The notes below the pieces were generated by a model. That model saw nothing but the letters and a program-made list of their open reading frames with translations. It was not told where the DNA came from and did no database searches. The position numbers and the translations under genes were made by a program. DNA of 64,000 bases from Dehalococcoidia bacterium (GTDB lineage Bacteria; Chloroflexota; Dehalococcoidia; Plut-88900), in assembly GCA_965197645.1 (NCBI GenBank), contig OZ240219.1:2112001-2176000 (forward strand), in the 5' to 3' direction. Of the stretch, positions 46,803 to 57,230 are shown in pieces; within the stretch, counting starts at the first letter, position 1; every line of letters starts with the position of its first letter.

Positions 46803-49376
46803 GTGGGCGCTGCACCTATCCGACGACAGTACCTCAGCATAAAACAGCAGTACCCTGACGTCATCGTCTTCTTCCGCCTCGGCGATTTCTACGAGACCTT
46901 CGACGAAGACGCCCACATCGTCTCCCGAGAGCTCAGCATCACCCTCACCTCCAGGGAGATGGGCCGCGGAAAGCGCTACCCCATGGCCGGCATCCCCCAT
47001 CACGCCCTGGACAACTACCTGGCCAAGCTGATCGACCGGGGTTACAAGGTAGCGATCTGCGAGCAGGTCGGAGAGGCTGCCTTGTCCAGGGGGCTGGTTG
47101 ATCGTGAGGTGGTCCGGGTCGTTACCCCTGGCACCGTAGTTGAGCCCGACCTCCTCGATAAGAAAGCCAACAACTACCTGGTCTCGGTCGTCGAAGACGG
47201 CGGCGAAGCCGGTATCGCCCACGCCGATATCAGTACCGGCGAGTTCAACGTCGCCCAGCTTTCCTCCACCGACGTGGCCTCAGAGTTGGGCCGGCTTCGA
47301 CCCTCTGAGCTTCTCCTGCCCCAAGGCGCCAAGGCCTCTACATCCTGGCCTTCAGCCCTTGTTACCAACCTGGAGGGCGCCATGTCCAACCGGCAGGACG
47401 CTCGTCGGACGTTGATGGACCACTTCGGCGTCCAGACCTTAGACGCCTTCGGCTGCGGGGGACTGCCCCTGGCCATACAGGCGGCCGCCGGTATCGTAGA
47501 TTACCTACGAGCCACCCAGAAGGGCGCCCTGGGGCTCCTCAACCGCCTCTCCACCTACTCTCCCGGCTCCTATATGGCGTTGGATGCCCAGACCCGACGT
47601 AACCTGGAGCTTTTTCGAAACGCCATGACCGGCGAAATCGAAGGCTCCCTCCTCTCGGTTATCGATCTGACTCGCACTCCTCTGGGGGGCCGGCTGCTGC
47701 GGCAGTGGTTGGGCCAGCCTCTCTTGGATCTCGAAGCTCTGACCCGCCGGCAGGATGCCGTCGAGGACTTTCATACCGATGCTCTCATGCGAGGCAAAGT
47801 CATCAAGCTGGTGGGACAGGTGGCCGACCTGGAGCGGCTGACCATCCGGATAGTCCGCGCAGTCGCCAACCCCAAGGAAGTGGTCACCCTCAAGCGAAGC
47901 CTGGAGCTTGTGCCCCAGGTGGTAGAAGCCATCCGGTCCGGGCCGCGCAAAGCGACCTGGCTCACCGAAGATGTCCCCGACTGCGCAGACGTCACCGCCC
48001 TTATTTCCAGGGCTCTAGTCGACGAACCCCTCACCTCTCTGGGCGAAGGTGGAGTGGTACGGCCCGGCTTCAACCCCGAGCTGGATCAGGTGCGGGAGGC
48101 CTCGACCAACGCCCGGGAGTTCATAGCCGGCCTGGAAAAGGAAGAAAAGAGGAAGACCGGCATCAAGTCGTTGCGAGTTGGCTACAACAAGGTCTTCGGA
48201 TACTACATCGAGGTCAGCAAGTCCCACGTCAACCAGGTACCCGAGGACTATCTTCGCAAGCAGACCCTGGTCAACGGCGAGCGTTACGTCACGCCCCAGC
48301 TCAAAGAATACGAGTCCCTCATCCTCAACGCCCAGGAGAGGATGGAGGGGCTGGAGACCTCCATATTCCGGCAGGTATGCAGTCAGATTGGCGATGCATC
48401 GGAGCGGATACTCAAGGTGGCCTCGGTCGCGGCCCACGTCGACCTTCTCTCCTCCCTGGCGGAGGCGGCGGCTCGATTCGATTACACCAGGCCGACCCTG
48501 ACCGACACCGACGAGCTTGCCATCCTCAACGGTCGCCATCCGGTCGTAGAGCGGGTCGTGGGTGAGGGCAGCTTCGTCGCCAACGATACCCACCTCTCCT
48601 CGAGCGACCAGCAGATCATGGTGCTGACCGGGCCCAACATGTCGGGCAAGTCGACCTATCTCCGCCAGGTGGCACTGATCGTTCTGCTGGCCCAGATCGG
48701 CAGTTTCGTTCCAGCCGATTCGGCCCGCATCGGCCTGGTGGACAGGATATTCACCCGCGTGGGCCTCCAGGATGATCTCTCCACGGGCCGCTCCACGTTC
48801 ATGGTGGAAATGGTCGAGACCGCCGGCATCCTCAACAACACCACGCCGCGATCCCTGGTGATCCTTGATGAGATCGGCCGGGGCACCAGCACCTACGATG
48901 GCATGTCAATAGCCCAGGCGGTGGTGGAGTACATCCACAACGATCCCCGCGTCTTGAGCAGGACCCTCTTCGCCACCCACTACCATGAGCTGGTAGAGCT
49001 AGCCAACGTGCTGCCGAGGATCGTCAACTACAACGTAGCCGTGGCCGAAGAGGAGGGTAAGGTGATATTCCTCCACAAGGTGGCGCCCGGCGGCGCCGAC
49101 AAGAGCTACGGCATACACGTGGCCCAGCTTGCCGGCCTGCCGCGACCCGTCATCAATCGCGCCCGCGAGGTCCTGGAGGAGCTGGAGATGGGCAACCACC
49201 ATAACAACACCTCTCCCAGGGTCAAAGCGCAGCCCGTGGAGCAGCTGCCCCTCTTTCAGCGCCGCCCGGAACTCCTCGATGAGCTGTTGGGCCTGGATAT
49301 CCCCTCCATGACCCCCCTGGAGGCTATCAACCATCTCTACCAGCTCCAGCAGAAGGCTCAGGAAAATAGCGGTTGA
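46803..49376 (+). CDS. mutS: DNA mismatch repair protein MutS
   Basis: FRLGDFYE, TGPNMSGKST, DEIGRGT and FATHYHEL motifs; GTG 46803 after AAGGAGG. Confidence 0.97.
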   Translation: MGAAPIRRQYLSIKQQYPDVIVFFRLGDFYETFDEDAHIVSRELSITLTSREMGRGKRYPMAGIPHHALDNYLAKLIDRGYKVAICEQVGEAALSRGLVDREVVRVVTPGTVVEPDLLDKKANNYLVSVVEDGGEAGIAHADISTGEFNVAQLSSTDVASELGRLRPSELLLPQGAKASTSWPSALVTNLEGAMSNRQDARRTLMDHFGVQTLDAFGCGGLPLAIQAAAGIVDYLRATQKGALGLLNRLSTYSPGSYMALDAQTRRNLELFRNAMTGEIEGSLLSVIDLTRTPLGGRLLRQWLGQPLLDLEALTRRQDAVEDFHTDALMRGKVIKLVGQVADLERLTIRIVRAVANPKEVVTLKRSLELVPQVVEAIRSGPRKATWLTEDVPDCADVTALISRALVDEPLTSLGEGGVVRPGFNPELDQVREASTNAREFIAGLEKEEKRKTGIKSLRVGYNKVFGYYIEVSKSHVNQVPEDYLRKQTLVNGERYVTPQLKEYESLILNAQERMEGLETSIFRQVCSQIGDASERILKVASVAAHVDLLSSLAEAAARFDYTRPTLTDTDELAILNGRHPVVERVVGEGSFVANDTHLSSSDQQIMVLTGPNMSGKSTYLRQVALIVLLAQIGSFVPADSARIGLVDRIFTRVGLQDDLSTGRSTFMVEMVETAGILNNTTPRSLVILDEIGRGTSTYDGMSIAQAVVEYIHNDPRVLSRTLFATHYHELVELANVLPRIVNYNVAVAEEEGKVIFLHKVAPGGADKSYGIHVAQLAGLPRPVINRAREVLEELEMGNHHNNTSPRVKAQPVEQLPLFQRRPELLDELLGLDIPSMTPLEAINHLYQLQQKAQENSG

Positions 49377-51109
49377 CCATCCAAGTCCTGGCAAGTGACC
49401 TGGCCGCCAAGATCGCCGCCGGCGAGGTGATCGAGCGGCCAGCCTCTGTGGTCAAGGAGCTGGCGGAAAACTCCCTGGACGCCGGCGCCACGCAGATATC
49501 CATCGAGGTGGAGCGGGGCGGCCTTGACCTGATAAGGGTGACCGATAACGGCCGGGGCATCCCCCGCGACGAGGTTGAGACTGCCTTCCTACGCCACGCC
49601 ACCAGCAAGCTCTCCTCCGCCGAGGAGCTGGACCGCATCCACACCCTGGGCTTCCGCGGTGAGGCCCTGCCCAGCATCGCCTCCGTCTCCCTGGTCGAGA
49701 TAGTCACCAGGGTCGAGGAGGAGAGAGCAGGTACCCGGCTTGAGCTTCGCTATGGCCGGGTAAGCAAGCAGGAATCCGCCGGCCGTCCTGCTGGCACCAC
49801 GGTATCGGTGAGGGACCTCTTCCAGAACGTGCCCGCCCGGCTCAAGTTCATAAAGTCGCCCACCACGGAGAACGGACGCATCAGCGGCCTGGTATCCAGA
49901 TTCAGCCTCGCCTATCCAGAGGTCCGTTTCAACCTGGCCATCGAGGGCCGCCAGACCCTGTCCTCCACCGGCGACGGCGACCCGCAAGTGGCCCTCTCCA
50001 GGGTATACGGAGCCGAGACCGCCGAGGCGATGATCAAGATCCATCGCTCCGATGACGGCGTTGGCGAGGTTACCGGGTTCGTCGGGCCGCCGAGCGTCAG
50101 CAGGGCCCAGCGCCGATACATCACCCTCTTCGTCAACCGACGCTGGGTGCAGGACCGGCGGCTCAACTACGCCATCGAGGAGGCCTACCAGGGCCTGCTC
50201 ATGGTCGGCCGCTATCCCATAGCCGTGCTCAACCTCTCCATCCCCGCCGGGGACATTGACGTCAACGTGCACCCGGCCAAGAGCGAGGTGAGGTTCCGCA
50301 ACGAACGAGAGGTCTTTACCCTGGTGCAGCGGGCCGTCCGGGAAGCGCTGGTAGAGACCAGCCCGGTGCCGACCCTTGGCCATTCGACGGTCGTCCCGGT
50401 CGCAACCCCGACGGGAGCGGCAGACCCAACCCCAAGTCCCCGCCCCCTCGGCTCCGATCTCCTGGGCTGGGCAAGGGGCCCTCGTCAGGTCCAGTCCGAG
50501 GAGACGCCTTCATCGCCGCCCCTGCCCCCATCCAAAGTCCTGCCTATTTTGAGGGTGGTAGGACAGGTAAGCGATACATACATAGTGACTGAAGGCCCCG
50601 ACGGCATGTATCTCGTAGATCAGCACGCCGCCCACGAACGGGTGCTCTTCGAACGAGTGCAGCGCGAGCGAAACGACCGTGCCGTCCACGCCCAGGGCCT
50701 GCTCGAGCCTTCGACGGTGGAGCTAACCCCCTCCCAGGATGGGGCCCTCGCGCCCCGGGCGGACCTGCTCAAAGACTTCGGTTTCAATCTCGAACCCTTC
50801 GGCCAGCGCAGCTACATCCTCCGCGCCGTGCCGGCCAGCCTGGCAGACAAGGGGCCCGACCGCGCCTTCCTGGACATCGTCGATTCACTGCTGGATGGGA
50901 GCGAGAAAGATAGCTGGGAGGTCCGTATCGCCAGCTCCATCGCCTGTCACAGCGCCGTCCGGGCCGGCGACACCCTGGAGCGAGAGGAGATGGACCAGCT
51001 CGTTCACATGCTGGAGGGGGCGGCCAACCCCCACACCTGCCCCCACGGCAGACCGACTATGATCCATCTCAGCTCCGACTCGCTGGAGAAGGGGTTCGGC
51101 AGGCGCTAG
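49373..51109 (+). CDS. mutL: DNA mismatch repair endonuclease MutL
   Basis: IAAGEVIERP, GFRGEAL, DQHAAHER and CPHGRP motifs. Confidence 0.97.
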   Translation: MTIQVLASDLAAKIAAGEVIERPASVVKELAENSLDAGATQISIEVERGGLDLIRVTDNGRGIPRDEVETAFLRHATSKLSSAEELDRIHTLGFRGEALPSIASVSLVEIVTRVEEERAGTRLELRYGRVSKQESAGRPAGTTVSVRDLFQNVPARLKFIKSPTTENGRISGLVSRFSLAYPEVRFNLAIEGRQTLSSTGDGDPQVALSRVYGAETAEAMIKIHRSDDGVGEVTGFVGPPSVSRAQRRYITLFVNRRWVQDRRLNYAIEEAYQGLLMVGRYPIAVLNLSIPAGDIDVNVHPAKSEVRFRNEREVFTLVQRAVREALVETSPVPTLGHSTVVPVATPTGAADPTPSPRPLGSDLLGWARGPRQVQSEETPSSPPLPPSKVLPILRVVGQVSDTYIVTEGPDGMYLVDQHAAHERVLFERVQRERNDRAVHAQGLLEPSTVELTPSQDGALAPRADLLKDFGFNLEPFGQRSYILRAVPASLADKGPDRAFLDIVDSLLDGSEKDSWEVRIASSIACHSAVRAGDTLEREEMDQLVHMLEGAANPHTCPHGRPTMIHLSSDSLEKGFGRR

Positions 51110-52563
51110 AGGCTGTTTCGCCGGGCGTTGTGCTCTATCACCCGGACCACGGCACGAGCGGCCCTCTCCATGGTGGGAAACACGGGCAGGCCTGCCCTCC
51201 ACGCCTTTTGGCGAACCTCCATCGTAGTCTTCCACCGCCAGTCCTCGGGTGAATCGCCTGAGCGGATTACCATTGTCAACGGTTTCAGGGAACTATCCCT
51301 GATCGCGATCATACCTTCAATAGTCTTGTAGACCTGATTGACGTTGGCCTCCTGCTCGAATATGAACTCAAAATCGGGGTCCAGCATTACTACGTCGAAC
51401 GCTTTGTGGCGGGACATCAGCCCGGCCGCGTCGGCGAGCACAGTCACACCGGCTAGGGCTGATCCATCGATGGGATTGCTGGCCATGAAACCGGTATCCG
51501 GAAGCAGCCTGTGTATCTCTTCCCGGATGTCCCTCGGCAAGGGAGGCACCTCCAGCCCGTTGGCCTCGCATGCGTCTGCGCTATGAACGCTGTTGCCGCC
51601 TCCACCGCAGACCACAGCTGCCCTCCGACCCTCCGGCGCCGACATGTATCGGAAGGCCACCATCATGTCGGCCATATCGTCCAGATTGTCCACTCGTATC
51701 GCGTTCGTCTGGTGGATAGCCGTATCCCAGACCTGGTTGGTCCCTGCCAGCGAGGCCGTATGCGAGGCCACCGCCCGCGTGCCCGCCCTGGTGCTGCCTC
51801 CCTTTAGGACCAGCACCGGCTTGGCCTCGGCGGCTTCACGGAGCGCCTTGAAGAACCGCTTTCCGTCTTTCACTCCCTCTATGTAGCAGGCTATGACGCT
51901 GGTCTCAGGATCGTGGGTCAGGTACTCCAGGAAATCGCTTTCGTCCAGGTCGGCCGCGTTTCCATAGCTGATTACCTTGCTGAAGAATATCCCCCGCAGC
52001 GATGCTCGATACACCAGCTCGACTGCGTTGGCGCCGCTCTGGGTAACGAAGGCCACCGGCCCCTGCTCCCTGGGAAAGTTGAGCCGGAACGTCACCCCCT
52101 GCCCCGGTACGTAAACCCCCATGCAGTTGGGGCCTATAATCCTGAGACCTCCGGCTCGGGCCTCCTCGGCCAGCCCACGCTGTTGGCTTGCGCCCTCCTC
52201 CGTGCCCGTGTCCGCCATCCTTCCCGTGAACAGGTGCAGCGCCTTCACCCCTTTTCGAATGGCGTCCTTCACCAGCTGGGGCACCAGCGCTGCCGGCACC
52301 GCCGAGATCACGTAATCGAGGGGGTCCGGCACCTCGTTGATGGAAGGGTAGCACCTCAGCCCGGCTACCTTCTCGACCCTGGGGTTGACGGGGTAGACCG
52401 GCCCACCGAACCCCAGCTTCTTCAGCGCCTGAACGAAAACGTATCCCTGCTTACCGGGATTGGTAGAGGCCCCCACCACCGCAATGGACCGGGGGTTGAA
52501 GATGGCTTCGAGGTCCTGGCGAGGTTGGATGGAGGAAGGGGAATGGCTGCTCATCGGCATCAT
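51106..52563 (-). CDS. CoA-binding, ADP-forming acyl-CoA synthetase alpha-like subunit
   Basis: PRSIAVVGAS, GPNCMG, QSG and SHTASLAG (phospho-His); start uncertain. Confidence 0.88.
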   Translation of the reverse strand: MMPMSSHSPSSIQPRQDLEAIFNPRSIAVVGASTNPGKQGYVFVQALKKLGFGGPVYPVNPRVEKVAGLRCYPSINEVPDPLDYVISAVPAALVPQLVKDAIRKGVKALHLFTGRMADTGTEEGASQQRGLAEEARAGGLRIIGPNCMGVYVPGQGVTFRLNFPREQGPVAFVTQSGANAVELVYRASLRGIFFSKVISYGNAADLDESDFLEYLTHDPETSVIACYIEGVKDGKRFFKALREAAEAKPVLVLKGGSTRAGTRAVASHTASLAGTNQVWDTAIHQTNAIRVDNLDDMADMMVAFRYMSAPEGRRAAVVCGGGGNSVHSADACEANGLEVPPLPRDIREEIHRLLPDTGFMASNPIDGSALAGVTVLADAAGLMSRHKAFDVVMLDPDFEFIFEQEANVNQVYKTIEGMIAIRDSSLKPLTMVIRSGDSPEDWRWKTTMEVRQKAWRAGLPVFPTMERAARAVVRVIEHNARRNSL

Positions 52564-52694
52564 ATTATATGCGGCCTCATAGCCGGTCAAGGAATATCGT
52601 GAACAGCGGAACGGGGGCTTGAGGGATGTTCGCCCCGTTGCAGCACGCGTCACGTTCCTTGAAGCGGGCCGGGCCCACTGCTAAGCTCTACTTT

Positions 52695-53999
52695 ATGGAA
52701 CGAGAAGCCGATGTAGTGATAATCGGGGCCGGCATCTCCGGCTGTGCCACCGCCTACAATCTCGCCCGGCGAGGCCTCAAAGTCGTCGTGCTGGAGAAGG
52801 ATGACATCGCCTTCGAGGCCTCCGGCAAGAGCATGGCCGCCGTAGGTGTGCTGGGCAAACACCACCCGGATGAGTACCGGCTGGCCCAGGCCGCTTTGGA
52901 GGTATGGCCCACCCTCGGCGATGAGCTGAACTCCGATATCGAGTACATACCCGGCGGAAGGTTGGCCATCGCCGAGACCCGCAAGGACCTACCCCTCTTT
53001 CAGGACATGATAGAGGCCGCCGAAGAGTCCGGCGTGAAGATAGAGTGGCTGGAACCCCGTCAAGCCCGGAAACGGTATCCCTACCTGGAGGGACCGCTGA
53101 CGATGGCCGCCTTCTCTCCCCAGGAAGGTCACGTCAACCCGCCTAAAACGGTGCATGCCTTCGCTCGAGCCGCCCAGGAGTACGGCGCCAAGTTCCACAC
53201 CGGCTGCCTCGTCAAGGAGGTCGGAGTGGCAGGTGGAAGCGTCAGGTACGTCGGTACGTCCATGGGAGAGATCAAGACCGGCGCCGTGATCAACGTCGCA
53301 GGGGTCTGGGCCAACCGGCTCCTGGACGACCTGGGCGTCCACGTACCCATCAAGATTATCCGCCTTCCCCAGGGCGAGACCCAGCCCCTGCCCAGGCTCT
53401 TCGACTTCTTCATGCGAGGGCCCACCTACTCCGCCAGGCAGACCGCCTCCGGAACGTTGAGAATCAGCGGGGGATATCGGCGGCTGGAGGTCTTCCACGA
53501 TCTGTCCCTGGATGACCTTCGGGACCTGAAGGTATGGCTTCCCAGGCTGGCCCAGCAGTGGAGCAACGTCGCCCTACGCGTCGATATCAACGTCCTGAAA
53601 CGAGAGTTCCTGAGTCTGGTGAACAGCAGGGTGATGGGAAGGGAGAGGGACGTAGCGCCCGTAGGCGTCGAGCCGAGAAAGTCGCCCGGCAACCTCAGAA
53701 AGAAGCTGCGACGCCTCTCCTCGTTGATACCTCAACTCGAAGGCTTGAAGCTTCAACGACACTGGACCGGATACGTCGACCTTACGCCGGACCTGCTGCC
53801 CGTCATAGGTCCCGTCGACCAGGTGAAAGGCCTATACGTGGCGATGGGATTCAGCGGTCACGGCTTCGTCCTGGGTCCGGTAACCGGCAGGATCATGGCC
53901 GATCTTGTCACCGGCCAGGCCTCGCCCTTCCCGATCCACGCCTTCCGCCCCGGTCGTTTCGTGGAAGAAAAGGTGAAGATGCCCAAGCGGTTGATGTAG
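52695..53999 (+). CDS. FAD-dependent oxidoreductase (DAO/sarcosine oxidase beta family)
   Basis: GAGISG, TPDLLPVIG and GFSGHGF motifs. Confidence 0.9.
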   Translation: MEREADVVIIGAGISGCATAYNLARRGLKVVVLEKDDIAFEASGKSMAAVGVLGKHHPDEYRLAQAALEVWPTLGDELNSDIEYIPGGRLAIAETRKDLPLFQDMIEAAEESGVKIEWLEPRQARKRYPYLEGPLTMAAFSPQEGHVNPPKTVHAFARAAQEYGAKFHTGCLVKEVGVAGGSVRYVGTSMGEIKTGAVINVAGVWANRLLDDLGVHVPIKIIRLPQGETQPLPRLFDFFMRGPTYSARQTASGTLRISGGYRRLEVFHDLSLDDLRDLKVWLPRLAQQWSNVALRVDINVLKREFLSLVNSRVMGRERDVAPVGVEPRKSPGNLRKKLRRLSSLIPQLEGLKLQRHWTGYVDLTPDLLPVIGPVDQVKGLYVAMGFSGHGFVLGPVTGRIMADLVTGQASPFPIHAFRPGRFVEEKVKMPKRLM

Positions 54000-54007
54000 C
54001 GCTCCGG

Positions 54008-55132
54008 CTACTCGGCGGGCGGATAGTGGGCATCGGGCACCACCACCACCTTGCCGAACTGTCGGCGGTCGGCCAGGTACTCCACCGCCTCCCTGGTCCG
54101 GGAGAGGGGGAACGTCCTATCGACCACCGCCTTGAGGTTGCCCTGGTCTATGTGCCTCACACAGTCGATCATCTCTTGCTTGCTCCCCATTACCGATCCC
54201 ATTACCGAGGTCTCTTTCATCAGCATCCGGGCCACGTTGACCCTCGCCCAGTTGCTCAGCGTGCAGCCGCAGTTGACCAGGCGGCCACCGGGCGCCAGAG
54301 CCTCGACACTCTGCTCCATCAGGTCGCCGGCCAGGCTGTCTATCACTATATCGACCCCGTGTCCTCCGGTGAGCTTCATGGTCTCCTCATAGAGGGAGTC
54401 GCTCGTGTAGTTGATGGTGTCTTGAGCCCCCAGCTCCCTCGCCTTTTCCAGCTTGGGGTCCGAGCCAGCGCTGGCCAGCACCCGCGCCCCGAACAACCTG
54501 GCGATCTGGATGGCCGCTATTCCCACTCCACTGCCCGCTGCGTTCACCAGCACCACGTCTCCGGGCTTGACCTTCGCTCGGGCTACCAGCATGTGCCACG
54601 TGGTAATGAATACTATGGGCAACGACGCCGCATCCACCAGGGAGATCGAGTCTGGCAGAGGGATCACCGTCCACTCCGGCGCCAGCACGAACTCCTGCAG
54701 CCCGCCGTCCATCGATCCGCCGAATCCTCCCTTGGACTGGCACAGGTTGTCACGGCCGGTCAGGCACAGATCGCAGTTGAGGCACGAGGTTGACGGGTGC
54801 AGCACAACCCGGTCCCCCGGTCCGGCCGCGGTTACACCCTCTCCGACGCTCTTCACCACGCCCGCGATATCCGCTCCCGGCGTTCGAGGCTCAGACCGCC
54901 GATGGTTGGGAGGCGACTTCACCGCCCACACATCCAGGTGGTTCAGCCCGCATCCATACACCTCCACGACCACCTCGCCGTGGCCCGGCGTGGGCTCGGG
55001 TACATCGTTATACTCCAGACGTTCCAGGCTGAGCCCTTCATGGATCTGTATCTCCTCCTCCCACTGCGAGTGGTCCTCGATTTGGTAGTGGGAAAAGTAG
55101 TCGCCGCTTGTGGTTAGCTGGACAGCCTTCAT
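54008..55132 (-). CDS. Zinc-binding MDR dehydrogenase / quinone oxidoreductase
   Basis: NHLD, structural-Zn CLNCDLC..C, AAGSGVG and FGKVV motifs. Confidence 0.9.
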   Translation of the reverse strand: MKAVQLTTSGDYFSHYQIEDHSQWEEEIQIHEGLSLERLEYNDVPEPTPGHGEVVVEVYGCGLNHLDVWAVKSPPNHRRSEPRTPGADIAGVVKSVGEGVTAAGPGDRVVLHPSTSCLNCDLCLTGRDNLCQSKGGFGGSMDGGLQEFVLAPEWTVIPLPDSISLVDAASLPIVFITTWHMLVARAKVKPGDVVLVNAAGSGVGIAAIQIARLFGARVLASAGSDPKLEKARELGAQDTINYTSDSLYEETMKLTGGHGVDIVIDSLAGDLMEQSVEALAPGGRLVNCGCTLSNWARVNVARMLMKETSVMGSVMGSKQEMIDCVRHIDQGNLKAVVDRTFPLSRTREAVEYLADRRQFGKVVVVPDAHYPPAE

Positions 55133-55219
55133 TACCTCTCCATTTCGTGTGAATGTGCCGTGGACGCAATGGGATAGAGTCTACCAGACCAGGATGAAGC
55201 TAGACGAGCGGCGATGCAG

Positions 55220-55681
55220 CTACTCTTGCTCGACCTGTGGAACGTACTGGCGGGACTCCCGGGTTATGATGCTGCTGGCCTGGAACAGCCCGTCCGCCTG
55301 CAGGCTCCCTTCGATCACAAGCTCCACCGAAGGAACACCGAACTGCCCCGGCGGTACGCCCTGAAACGATACCCGCAGAGGCTCTACGGTCGGGTCACCC
55401 TGGTCCAGGATGTCGAACGTGACCGTCCTGTCCTCGCCGTACTCCAACGATTGGGTGACGATGGTGCCTCGCACCTGGATATCCTTACCGATGAGGGTAT
55501 CGGCCCTCTCATGCACCTCGTAGACCTCCAGGAAGAACTGGCCCGTGTTCACCGTGACCACGTAGATGATAGCCGTGAACGCCACCGCCAGCACAACCGC
55601 TCCGGCTATCAGCTTTCGCTTGGGGGTGAGCCAGGGATTGTACTCCTCTAGGTTGGTCTCCGCCTGCGGTTCGCTTGCCAA
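55220..55681 (-). CDS. ccmE: Heme chaperone CcmE-like (atypical ExxxY motif)
   Basis: N-terminal TM, IQVRG, F.G..P..F, VIEG, FQA; position after ccmABCD. Confidence 0.8.
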   Translation of the reverse strand: MASEPQAETNLEEYNPWLTPKRKLIAGAVVLAVAFTAIIYVVTVNTGQFFLEVYEVHERADTLIGKDIQVRGTIVTQSLEYGEDRTVTFDILDQGDPTVEPLRVSFQGVPPGQFGVPSVELVIEGSLQADGLFQASSIITRESRQYVPQVEQE

Positions 55682-55683
55682 GA

Positions 55684-55833
55684 CTACTCTCCCGGATCGC
55701 CTTCTCGCCGGCGCTTCAACTCGTTGACCTCTTGCCTCGTCCTCAGCACCTTCCTATACAGCCACAGGGCCAACCCCATGAACACGCCCCAGCTTGCGGC
55801 AAAGGCTCCGAACAGAAATCCAAAGTTATCCAT
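55684..55833 (-). CDS. ccmD: CcmD-like small membrane protein
   Basis: 49 aa, one TM helix followed by a charged tail; lies between ccmC and ccmE. Confidence 0.72.
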   Translation of the reverse strand: MDNFGFLFGAFAASWGVFMGLALWLYRKVLRTRQEVNELKRRREGDPGE

Positions 55834-55835
55834 AT

Positions 55836-56546
55836 CTACGAGTCCAACAGCTCCTCGATGGCATCTTCGTTCTCTCTCATCATCACCCTTACGACCATCA
55901 GGAAGGCGAACAGCAGGGTGAATACTGCGACGCTGAACCACAGGGCGAACCACATGTCCGAGTCCATATAGGCGTCATCGCCGCCGGCGATGATCGGCTC
56001 CACGTGAACCGTCTTCCAGAGCCGGACTGATAGGTAGTTGATGGGCACCACGGCGAAGCCCAAGATTCCAACCGCCGCCCTGAGCCGGGAGGCCTTTCCT
56101 TGGCTGACGGCGTAGGCCCCTACCATCAGGTATCCCACGTAGATCAACCACAGCAGGGCGGTGGTCGTCAATCGGGCGTCCCACACCCACCACACGCCGA
56201 AGATTGGCTTGGCCCACACTATCCCGGTGATCAGGCACACTGACGTAAACACCACCCCCAACTCCGCGGCGGAGTAGGCGTAGTTGTCCCACCGCCGCCC
56301 CCTGGTCTTGAGGTGGACTATGCTGAACAGAAGCACCAGGAAGAATGCCAGATACCCGATCCAAGCCGATGCGACGTGGAAGTAGAAGATCCGCTGCACA
56401 GGCCCCTGTATCGCCTCGGTGGGCACCCACAGGAAGATAAGGTAGAGGTCCACCAGGACGGCGGCTGCGGTCAGTACGAACAGGCCGTCCAGCCACGAGA
56501 CCTTTCCCAGAACACCTCCGCGCGGACCTGTGCTTATGCTGTCCAA
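55836..56546 (-). CDS. ccmC: Heme exporter CcmC
   Basis: RIFYFHV, WWD domain WAKPIFGVWWVWDARLT, TVH. Confidence 0.94.
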   Translation of the reverse strand: MDSISTGPRGGVLGKVSWLDGLFVLTAAAVLVDLYLIFLWVPTEAIQGPVQRIFYFHVASAWIGYLAFFLVLLFSIVHLKTRGRRWDNYAYSAAELGVVFTSVCLITGIVWAKPIFGVWWVWDARLTTTALLWLIYVGYLMVGAYAVSQGKASRLRAAVGILGFAVVPINYLSVRLWKTVHVEPIIAGGDDAYMDSDMWFALWFSVAVFTLLFAFLMVVRVMMRENEDAIEELLDS

Positions 56547-56555
56547 CTTTATCCG

Positions 56556-57227
56556 TTACTCCTCGAGTACATGTTCGAACGTCAGGAATCCCAGGACCAG
56601 GAACACAGCGTCGAACCCTGCCAGCACCCATATCCAGGGCTGAATCTCAGCCCACGGCTCGCCGTTGAACGCCATGTTGGTCGACTCTACGGCTCCGATT
56701 ACGGCCGGCGCCACCAAGGGTATCAGCAGTATCGGTAGCATCACTTCCTGGAGCCGGGTGTTCATCGACAGCACCGAAAGGATGGTGCCTACAGTGGCTA
56801 TCCCCAGGGTGGCCAGCGGGATGATGACCAGCAGCTGAAGCGGCAACACCGAAAGGTTGAAGACTATCGTGAAGATCGGTATCGAGATGACTTCCACCAG
56901 CAGAATGAACAGGAAGCTGCTGGCCAGCTTCGATAGAAAGATGACGTCCCGGCCGTAGGGGGAAAGCATCAAGCCGTCCAGGCAACCGTTCTCCTGCTCG
57001 GTGTTGATGACCCGTTGGAAGCTGAGCATACCGGCAAATAGGAAGGTGAACCAGAGCACCCCCGGCGTCATTATCTCGGTCTCGACGGTACCCGGCTTGA
57101 AGGCGAAGTTGAAAGCGAAGACCATCAGGAGCACGAAGAAGCTGACGGAGACGATGATCTCCTTGCCCCGCACCTCGACCAGCATGTCCTTCCAGACTAT
57201 GCCGCCTATGGCTCGCCAGTAGGACAT
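56556..57227 (-). CDS. ccmB: Heme exporter CcmB
   Basis: KD...E.R, E.ENGCLDGL and LPILLIP motifs. Confidence 0.9.
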   Translation of the reverse strand: MSYWRAIGGIVWKDMLVEVRGKEIIVSVSFFVLLMVFAFNFAFKPGTVETEIMTPGVLWFTFLFAGMLSFQRVINTEQENGCLDGLMLSPYGRDVIFLSKLASSFLFILLVEVISIPIFTIVFNLSVLPLQLLVIIPLATLGIATVGTILSVLSMNTRLQEVMLPILLIPLVAPAVIGAVESTNMAFNGEPWAEIQPWIWVLAGFDAVFLVLGFLTFEHVLEE

Positions 57228-57230
57228 GCC

